Part shown: positions 54,891 through 64,000 of the stretch, one piece after another
How the letters are laid out: each line of letters opens with the position of its first letter
Position numbering within the stretch: the stretch's first letter is position 1
From: the human T2T-CHM13v2.0 reference genome, Homo sapiens
Assembly: GCF_009914755.1 (NCBI RefSeq)
Contig: NC_060938.1
Reading direction: 5' to 3' (one strand)
DNA length: 64,000 nt
Notes under the pieces: generated by a model
What the model was told of the DNA's origin: nothing
What the model saw: only the letters and a program-made list of their open reading frames with translations
The model's database searches: none
Translations under genes and position numbers: made by a program

Positions 54891-55698
54891 TTAACATTAC
54901 CAAACTGGTTATTCAGAGTTTAATCCTCTGGAACTCTATGCTTAGCTCTAATCTCAAGGAGTCCAGGGAAGCAGACTAATCCTCACTATTAAATTTTGTA
55001 TTGATTCTCGGATGTTTTCAAAGAATCCTACATCCACATATCTCAAAGGAGTGCTATTGATTTGATCATTTTATGAAATTCTTACCCTTTTGCTTTCAGA
55101 ATTCTAGCTAGATGACAAAAAGGAAATAACTCACACATGTAAATTAATCAAACTATTTTGGAACTCAAACATTGCTTGTGGAAGACTTGCAGATTGAGCC
55201 AAGCCCTGTTCTTTATTAACTCTGGATAATTTGCTTTCTTTGTTTGATCCCTGGCCTTTAAGTGAATGTCAATCTCTTGCTTTTTTCCTGAAGACCTATA
55301 AGGCTTGCTGACTAAATTTCATGGAAATTCTTTGAGATTCTTAGCTAGAAGAGGCTGTAAAGGCCAAGTGCTATAGGTACTAACGTCTCATTGCTAACAC
55401 TGATATTTTACCTTGATAGTAACTTCCAACTTGACATAAAAGCTTGTAAGCACCAGATCTTTGCCTCTCCCCATGGTTGTATGTGTTTGAATTCTTTGGA
55501 GAAAATTTTATGACTTGCATGGCTTAGGGTTTCATAAATTATAAAAATGTTTTATCTCTGGTTTGAATAGAGTAGTAAAGCATATCCCTGATTTCTCACT
55601 TCTTCCATAACCCAGTGCCTTCTTATTTCTAATGCCTCCTAGTCTGATGTCACTGAGAAGATGTTTATGGCCTTGCTTGCCAGAGAACTAAAAAAGAA

Positions 55699-55741
55699 AA
55701 CAACAACAACAGCAGCAGCAACAACAACAACAACAAAAAAC
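55699..55741. repeat. (CAA)n(CAG)n(CAA)n trinucleotide repeat
   Basis: Short compound trinucleotide run in non-coding context. Confidence 0.9.
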
Positions 55742-55923
55742 ATCTAACAACGGAGCCAATGCTTACTCATGCCAGTCCCAGGATTCCATATATGGGGACA
55801 TTGGGCGTGTTTTAAGCCATATGCTCATAACCTTTGTGTCATGATTCAGTTGGTGTGTCTTGATCAGTTTCCTCATCTGTCATCTCTTGGAAAGCATGTA
55901 AAGATTAATCACAGATATCTGCT

Positions 55924-57103
55924 TGTATTACCTAGATTAATGCTAGATGATTAGCAGATGAACCTTAACATCTCAGTGGCTTAACAAAAAAAGGTGTTAA
56001 TCTCCCACTTCTATATGAAGCCCAGGTGGGAGTAAGGCTGTACTCCACAAAGTCATTCAGAGAACCAGGCTGTTGAAGGCTCTGCCATTTCTAGTAAATG
56101 ACCTCCAAGGTGGTTCTCAGCACAAACATCTATTCACAGATGGAGAAAGAGATTTTGCATATATATTTTTCTAATTTTCATTTTTGCAAAATGTCATAAT
56201 AAGCAGGTAAGATGGAGCCTCAGTTGGAGTTGTGGTTAGTCATGGTGAAACAAGAGTTAAAAGGTAAAATCGACAGATTTCCTATCAGCTATTTATCCAT
56301 CATTACTAAGAATTACGGAGTGTTAGGCTTAGAAAAGGTCTAGGAATTGACTCATTTTCCTACTTCCAGGAGATCTGGTTCTAGAACCCAGGACTTCCAG
56401 CTCCCAGGCAAATTGAAGCGCTTCTTCTTCCACATGGGACCCACTTCTATGAGAGCATCAGTCTGTTAGGGTTAAGTCCAAGCTCTACCACTTAAGAGCT
56501 GAACAAGTTATATTAACTGCAAAGGGATAATTTTAGCAACTTCCTCATTAGGAGGTTGTATTAAATGCACAATGCGTGACACACAGAGACTTATTGTCAT
56601 TATTAATATCCCAAATTTTTTAAATGGTCACAATAATTCCCCTTGCAACTTCTGTCATATGAATAAGCCCAGGATCGCTTGATGGATGATGATGAAGGAT
56701 TCATGGCCAAGTCATCCACACCACCTCAGCCGACTTTGAGTCAGTCACCAGACATGTAAGTCATGTAAGTAAGACCATCCTAGAGCATACAGCCCCAGGC
56801 AAGCCAGCCTAGATCAGAAGAACCAGCCAGCCTACTCACAGAACTGTGAGAATGACCAATGTTTGTTACTTTAAGCCACTAAGTTTGGTGGTGGTTTATT
56901 ATCCAACAAAGGCTGATACAGAAAGGATCACAATTGAGGAGTTTATGTGAGCTCAATCTGAAAGTTTATATGAGCTAGATTTGCCCATTATTTCACTAAA
57001 TTCATCACATGGCCCCACCTAACTCCAAAAGAGACTGGAAAATGTAAAAAACCCAGACAGAAAGGGAAGTAGGCTCCAGGACAGCTGGCCAATATCTGCC
57101 ACA
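55924..57103 (-). mobile_element. MLT1J/K-like solo LTR split by a 771-bp insert
   Basis: Left part 55924-56149 (ATCTCAGTGGCTTAACA..GTCATTCAGAGAACCAGGCTG); right part 56921-57103 (TCACATGGCCCCACCTAACT..TCTGCCACA); TSD CTGCT/CTGAT. Confidence 0.8.
56675..56920 (+). mobile_element. MLT1G/H-like LTR 3' portion nested in the older MLT1
   Basis: CAGCCTAGATCAGAAGAACCAGCCAGCC..CACAGAACTGTGAGAAT..TTTAAGCCACTAAGTTTGG..GCTGATACA terminus. Confidence 0.8.
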
Positions 57104-57684
57104 CTGATTTACCTTGATTTTGTAAAAACAAAACAAAATCAAAACCCTTAGGTGGCAATCAGAGTGTAACAACTTTCCAGGCAAGTTCTTTGGGACAGGC
57201 CACTAGACAGTCACTTTTAGTTTATTTGTTTCTCACAGGAAGATAGAGAAAAGGAAATGCGACAGATGTGATGCCTTCCTGAGAGGCTGTCTGGTAAATC
57301 AATTCCTGCCAAAGTTCTCCTACAACCCTAAGAGATAAAAAAGGAACCTGCAGGCGAAAACCACAAGGTAGGAAGAGTTTGAAGCTGTGATCTCTTAGAA
57401 TAAGAGCTTTTCATTTATTCTTTCTGAGAAGGAAGTCTAGGGCATCTGTCATTGAGAGTGCTATTGATATAATTTTGCTTTCTGCCCCGTAGGATCTGAA
57501 GCAGTCCTGCCCCAGGCTTAGAGAAGTAAGGGCAAGCTAGCCCAATTCTGTTTGCTCCAGCACATCTCATCCCAGAGCATTTGTTGTAAGGCCCTCTTCT
57601 TTTTGATCCCATGTCTACATTTGGATCTCTGGTCTGGGAGGAGAAATCTCAGAGGCTATGAATCTGATGAGGAAGGCAACTTGG

Positions 57685-57865
57685 CAGTGCAGAAAGCACC
57701 CTGCTTTGCAGTCAGACTTTCCAGCTTCCAATTCTACCTCTGCCAGATTAATTAGCTCTGTGTGATCTTGCACAACTTCTCTAAGCCTTAATTGTGAGAA
57801 TTAATATTGTATTTATTAGGAGTATGGCACACGATAGGTACTTATTAGATGTTAGCTATCATCAT
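57685..57865 (+). mobile_element. MIR SINE
   Basis: GCTTTGCAGTCAGAC..CTCTGCCA..TAGCTCTGTGTGATCTTG..CTCTAAGCCT..GGCACACGATAGGTACT. Confidence 0.75.
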
Positions 57866-59095
57866 CATCTTCATCATAATTTGATTTTGCTTTTCTTATT
57901 CCCTTTGATCTTGCCTCCTAGTCTAACAGGAGAAACATTAGAAGTTGGTGGAGACGGCCTAGAAAAGGAAGGGTAGATTAGAGAGCAGGAGATAGTGAAA
58001 AATTACAGTTATTTCACAATTGAAATCCTATCCCATGTTTGCATTGTTAATTATAGTTTTCGAAAGACTGTCATCTAGGCAATCTCATTTCGCATGACCA
58101 TTCTATGAGACACAGGAACATGCAGTCTATTTTGGCAGATAAAAAATAAATACATGAGGAGTTAAGTAAAAACTGTGTTACTGAGACTGCAGTAACTTTT
58201 ATAAATCAATGTGCAAAAAAAATTCAAGTATTTTGGAATGAGATTTGTTGGATTGAAATATTTTATGGTGGTCTGTAACATCAGCTCGTGAGCTCATAGA
58301 CCAAACCCCATCCCAAATACCTGGTGTTCAGGATTATCAATATAAAAATTGATTTAAGATCCCCATAATTCATTTACTCCTATTTCCTGACATGCAGAAA
58401 GCTTACTGCCACTGGGTTATTTCATCAGTTTTTCCCCATCTCTCCATAACTAGTCTACCTCTGTATGCTTGGCTTCTATAACATTGCTTACTGGTCTTTC
58501 TTAAGGCATGTTGTGTTCTGGGTCAGTTCTCTTTAATCTGTGGCCAAACTCTTGCTCAGATCTAGGAATGTGTCATCTATGTGCATCTTTGTTCTAAGCT
58601 GAACATTTCTTAGCACTATACCTGAGTTTCTGCTGCCACCTTTCATATTCTTTTATGATTTGCAAAGCTAGCAGGAACCCAAAGTGACTTTCATAACCAA
58701 GTGTCCAGGGTCTCCAGGAGTTCAGGTTCTCTCTAGTAAACAGTTCCAAGACCGCAATGAAAGAGATGTCACAGAGTTGTATATAGTATAACATTAACTA
58801 ATATTTGAATGATAAATTATTGCCATAGGAAACTAGAGAAAGAAAAAGACACTTTGGGATGGAGAGGTTAGGGAAGATTCTGTGGAAGATGTGAGATCTG
58901 AGCTGTGTTCTATGGGGTAGCTAGGTCGAGGTAAAAAATGCCATAGCCAAGCGATCAGAGGCATAAATATGCAAGGAGTCTTGGGTGGAATCACAAAGTT
59001 TAGCAGATGAGTACATGAAGGTAGACCCTTTGTGCCAGGAAGTAATTTTGACAGAATGTTGGAGATAATTTTGCCTGTAATGGTTTCTGACTGAC

Positions 59096-59530
59096 AGTTT
59101 ATTCATTCATTCAATCATTGAGTTCAACAAATTCAATTTATTAAGAACATACTATATTTCAGTAACTCTTCTACATCCCAGAGATACAGCAATGGACAGG
59201 AAAGGTTCTTTCCCTCATGCTGATTACATCTTAAGTATGGAGACAAACAATTAAAAACAAGCAGATACACACAGTAATATCGTATAGTCATAGAACTATG
59301 AAATGTTAAAGCAAGGAAACACAATAGTGACTATAAGGGTCAAACACCATTGTAGAGAGGAAAATCAGGGAGGACCACTTGGGTTGGGTGATATTTAAGC
59401 TGAGATTTGAATGAAGAATGGAAGCCATTCTTGTGAAAGATCTGGGTGATTGGCATTCCTGGCAGAGGGAACAGCTAATGCAAAGCTCTAAGGTGGTAAC
59501 GAGCTTGGTAGAGTCAAGGAGCAGCTGTCA
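59096..59530 (-). mobile_element. L2 3' fragment
   Basis: ATTCATTCATTCAA tail..CCCTCATGCTGATTACATCT..GGTGATATTTAAGCTGAGATTTGAATGAAGA..CATTCCTGGCAGAGGGAACAGC. Confidence 0.85.
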
Positions 59531-59534
59531 TTGC

Positions 59535-59679
59535 TCTGTAGTGCACTTGGAAAATATGCTCAGGTCTGGTCCTACTATTGGCACATTAAGCCAGAATCTC
59601 TGAGATGAGGTCTAAGCCACAGTGCTTATTAACACCTCTCCAGGTGATTCTAACAGTTAGCCAAGGTTGAAAACCGCTG
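59535..59679 (+). mobile_element. MER5A-like element
   Basis: TTAACACCTCTCCAGGTGATTCTAAC..GCCAAGGTTGAAAACCGCTG. Confidence 0.7.
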
Positions 59680-60444
59680 TATTAAAGGAAAGCCAAAAGA
59701 TGAAGGGCTTTTTTAAGCAGACAGAGAACACTCACCAGGGGAATCAATGGAGGAGGGAAGTGAAGAATGTAACTGTGCAGGAAGAGTATGCTAGGGATAG
59801 AGGGATGCTCATCTTCGACCTGGTAATCAATGGAATCCAGACTGACCTATTACAAGAGTGGGGTCCCTATGCTCTTTACATAGTCTCCCTTGTCAGTTTC
59901 CTGAAATTTATTGTGCCAACTATGGTGGGAGTTAAAGCGTTAAGGTTTGGCTTATTTGTTTTGGGCAGATCACAGAGATCCAGGACTCAGAGCTAGGGAA
60001 TAGACAGCTGACCCCAAGCTGGAAAAACTTTCCCAGATACTCCCTCCTGCCTAGGAAGTGGCCTATGAAAAAGCAGTTTAAATAATGGCAGCCTAAAATA
60101 TAGTTCTATATGCAACATTTTTTTTTCTATGAAAACTACCTTTTGCCTTATACAACCTGTTAAAAAGTGGGAGATTTCACTAATAGGAGGGCAGGAGTTG
60201 AGCACAGATCCAATAGAGGAAAAATACTGTCTTCAGGCAGATAGGGGATGTGCCACTGGGGCCGAGATGACGAGTTTCGTGAAAAACAGAGTTCAAAAGA
60301 GGAGGCTCTTGAGTGTAAAGATAATTTGAGGGGAAAAGAAAAAGATAGAATGTGACTGGAAGGAACGGAATAGGAAAAGCAGCATGATATAGATGGAAAT
60401 CTCCTCATTTCTTTGACGTCCTTAACAAGAACATCAAGTGAGGC

Positions 60445-60645
60445 AGAATAGTCAAGAACTTGGACTCTAGAATCCAAATTGGATGAGCGCCTTAAGCACT
60501 TTAATCCACAGTTTCCTCATCTTTCAAATGGAAACAACAGTGCCTAGGATTCGTTGCTGTGAGGACTAATGACAAATTGCATGTAAAAAGCTTGGCACAG
60601 TACCTGGCACTTAGTCCAGGCCCCACTCCATGGTATTCATCACCA
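60445..60645 (+). mobile_element. MIR SINE
   Basis: CAGTTTCCTCATCTTTCAAATGG..GTGAGGACTAATGA..CATGTAAAAAGCTTGGCACAGTACCTGGCAC. Confidence 0.8.
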
Positions 60646-61434
60646 GTGTCAAAATTGCCATAATAATTAACATTGCCTCAATCACAAAATTCATGTCATG
60701 TTCACCAACAGCCAATGGCTTCCAGATAAAAGTGAGAAGGCCAATATAGAGCTGGGGTTAAACATGTCAAGAATTCAAAGCTATAGTGCCCCTGGGTATT
60801 CAAAAAGCGTAAAGATTTGACTAAATTCACAGCCAAATGGCATTTACCCCAGGTCTACCCCATACCAGTCACTGGCTTCTCTCTAATAGTTGTTATCCCT
60901 TTTAATTCTATAGAATAGAAAAGAAGGAATTGGGGCTAGGCTGAGCAGCAGAGGAGAGATTGGCTGTGGAGAGTATAGATGACACATGAGGCCAGGTGAT
61001 CTCTGAGAAAAGTTTCTCCCATCTGTTGCTTAGATTGCCCATCTTGGAACTCAGGAAATCTGAGATGGCTTTAAAGAAAATGATGGCATTGAGAAGTAGT
61101 GAGATTGCAGGGGGCTTTCAATTTTCTGCTTGGGTGTTGGTGGAGAGCACCGAGGTCAACATCCATGCTTGCAGTATAAAATTCTAGGTCTGTGTCCCTG
61201 AAAAGAATGTTGGTGTGAGCTAATGTGAAAGATTTGGGGAGAATTTGTGTAAAAAGTAACAACAAACACCAAATGCCTAGTTGAGTTCTCTGATGGGTAA
61301 GGTAGAATATTTGAGAGATTTTTTTGAGAATATTTCCCACTGAAACTTGGGAAATAACTATAGTTAATGAATTTTGAAGAAAAGAGTTAGCAAAAGAGAA
61401 AGTAAATCTGATCATTAACATTATATACAATAAA

Positions 61435-61570
61435 CTGAACTGGGAACCAGGAGACCTGTGTGCTAGACTGGATTACATTGAGTAAGCAATTTGAATTATC
61501 TAGGTCTCAGTTTCTTCAGTCTGAAAAAGAAGGGCATGAGATTATATTATGTTGAATCCATCTTTTGTTT
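61435..61570 (+). mobile_element. MIR/MIR3 fragment
   Basis: ACTGGGAACCAGGAGACCTG..CTAGGTCTCAGTTTCTTCAGTCTGAAAAAGAAGG. Confidence 0.6.
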
Positions 61571-64000
61571 AAATTTTTGTTAAATTCTATGGAGTACAGA
61601 GAAGTTGATGGCTTCAGGCACAAGTGAGAAAGTATTTTAATCTTCTTACATTTTTAGGCCATGTCCAAATCATTTGTTTTTTCACTTTATTTTATTTGAA
61701 TATAATTTAGGTTTTCTTTCTCATGGGGTGAATGAAAATAAACACTTTAGAAATGTATAAATCAGTGTGCATTTATTGGAGTATGGCCAATAACTTTAGA
61801 TAATGAAAAGGATGATTGAGCTATTTAATATGTTGATTTAAGTAATGCTGGGTGATGAGTGGTAGTGACAAGGCTCTTCTCTTACTAGGATATCACATGA
61901 ACAGGTTCTGTCCTAATTCTGCCCTTGCCTAGTACATATGGGTGACTAGAATTTGGTGAGAGGGGGCTGTCTGCTGAGCTACCCCAACTGTGGTTACAGC
62001 ACAGTTACAGAGATGGATTTTTAAGTACACTTGTTTTCCCTGTCATTTGTCATGAAACAGACTCCCTATGCTCATTATCAAAAAGCCCATATGCTATCTT
62101 CAGTTCACATTTTGCTCACCTCTTTCTCTTCATTGCATTAGTCAAGTTCAGAAACTAGACTGTCAGCTGCCAGACAGGCTGCTGTTTCTCTCAGAGATAG
62201 GTGAAAACCATTTAGGAATTCATTATCAAAGTGTACAGCCCAAGAAGGTGTTTTTGCCTTCAATTCAATTATTCCAAAGAAGCACACGATAAAGAAAAGT
62301 ACTCAGGACAATTAGATGGACTATCTAGACGTCAAAAATCAAATTTTTACCTTTGCAAATGCAGGTTCATATTCTGTTCTTAAGTCATCAGAGGGAAACA
62401 TATGATGTTCACTGTCAGTTTAGATTGTCAGAAAAAGCTTGTTCAAAATCTGTAAAGTTGTCACTCCTCATGTATTTTCACTCAAGAAACCAGGGATCCA
62501 ACTTCCTGTGCCTAAACTCTCTGCCTAGACAAATGGATCTTTTGGGAGGTTAAGTATGTCTTAGAAGAATATCTGAGCTGGAGTTGCAAATAGAGGAATC
62601 ATCTTTTGTTAAGTTGTTAGAACCTAGATAACATAGAAGATTACTCTATGGGGTTTGAAAAAACTAAGACATGATGCCCTCTCATGAGACCTTTACAGTC
62701 TATTTGGGGAGTTAAGGCATATATGCCCAGAACTTTATTTTCAGTGGTTCTTGGCAATTTTAAAGTTCCGGTAGTATAGTACAAGTACCCAAATGTGATG
62801 CCCACAATGAGGGCTGTGGTAAGTCAGAAAAGAGGCTGGGTTTTGGTTTCTTAGGAAATGGTAATTTACATGGAGTCTCACCCACCTGGAAGGATTGCAG
62901 TCTTTATGTTTAGCATCACTTTTTGTCATTTAAATTTCTCTCTAGGTGGGGATCTAATCCAGTCCGGAGTTACAGGAGCTAGAGGTGATCAGAAAGTGTG
63001 CCTAATTTGACTTTTGCTCCATATGTGACATAAAATAGAAAAAAAGTGAGGTCCCCAAAGAAAAGGTAGCTTGAGAACCAATGAGAGTGTCTCTCCATGA
63101 ACTGTCAAAACCTCTGGGATCCAGCAGAAACAGGGTTTGATTTAAGCTGTTCCTGGGTACAAAATGCGAGCTCTTACTTGGCATTTATCCTTGACACATA
63201 TGGGAGCAGGCTTTACCAGAGGCAAGAATTCAATCAAAAGTCAGGCTTTTTGAATTTAGGTCTTTCTCTTTTCTTCTGCTATAAAATGGTGAGATCATAG
63301 CCCATGCCCTAATTGGTTCACAGATGGATACATCCTGAGGCAGGTGGGGGTAATCCTCAAGTTTTCCTACACCAAAGCATACCCCAGAACAAAGAACTAC
63401 TCGTTCTGGAGGTGAAGATAAGGCCTGTGATGGGTTGTCCCATTTGATCACTGTGGATTTCCTCTCTGTGATATCTTCTGCTCCCCTGGAATCTAGTATT
63501 GAGGAAAAATAACCTTAATCAGGAACTGTCACTCTTCTTCAAAGAGTAGGACAGTCAACTGGCCTCTAGCCTATAAAGAAATATTCCTTTCAGATAGACT
63601 CTAGTATATAATATCATTCTGCTATTCATCAGGAAGTGGCTGAATAATTTATTATACAACTTGTCTATAGATCAGAGTAGATGAATAATAAAATCTTTAG
63701 TATGTAAAAACCTTACAAGAAAGTTGAGACTTATGGTAGCAAAGGATCCAGAAGGATTGGGTCATTTTGTAGTTATTAGTAAACATATGTCTGTGATAAA
63801 GACCACTTTGGCAAACCGAGGTATCTCTCTACCCATCATCCTGCTTCAGGAGAACTTGGGCTCTGATAAGTATGTACGTAATGATCAAATCCCCCACATT
63901 TACCAACCTGCTCCAGTCATCATTGTGGTAGATGTGTGCACGAGAAAAATGCTCATTTTATTCCATTCCATGGATACTTACATTCTCTGCGTGTTTATTT

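Noticed and set aside
55699-55741. CAA/CAG run resembling a polyglutamine codon tract
   Set aside because: Short, embedded in an A-rich stretch, with no exon context

Overview
Primate (very likely human) non-coding genomic DNA, AT-rich, with no CpG island and no supportable protein-coding exon, RNA gene or prokaryotic-type system. The supplied ORFs are by-products of Alu, L1, LTR and simple repeats, or chance. Repeats read by eye include 10 dimeric Alus plus FLAM and FAM monomers (most with readable target-site duplications, TSDs), ERVL/MaLR solo LTRs (MER21, LTR53/MER54-like, several MLT1), L1 3' fragments, many MIR/L2 relics, about 11 MER5 copies, MER94 and a split MER102. All eight full-length solo LTRs are on the minus strand, which fits an intron of a + strand gene that I cannot name. 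The most notable structures are: an ancient local duplication in which each copy shows the empty site of the other's insertion (1250-5335); an LTR fragment apparently retrocopied by L1 machinery (11626-11850); an exact 21-bp out-of-context copy (18640/19250); a 102-bp tandem duplication keeping a TCACGTGA E-box in both copies (46628-46821); a 13-bp-stem hairpin (47746-47790); a split MLT1 LTR holding a composite insert (55924-57103); and several motif-dense unique segments that may be regulatory. I found no convincing novel biological system. Subfamily names are from recalled consensus features and need RepeatMasker/Dfam confirmation.
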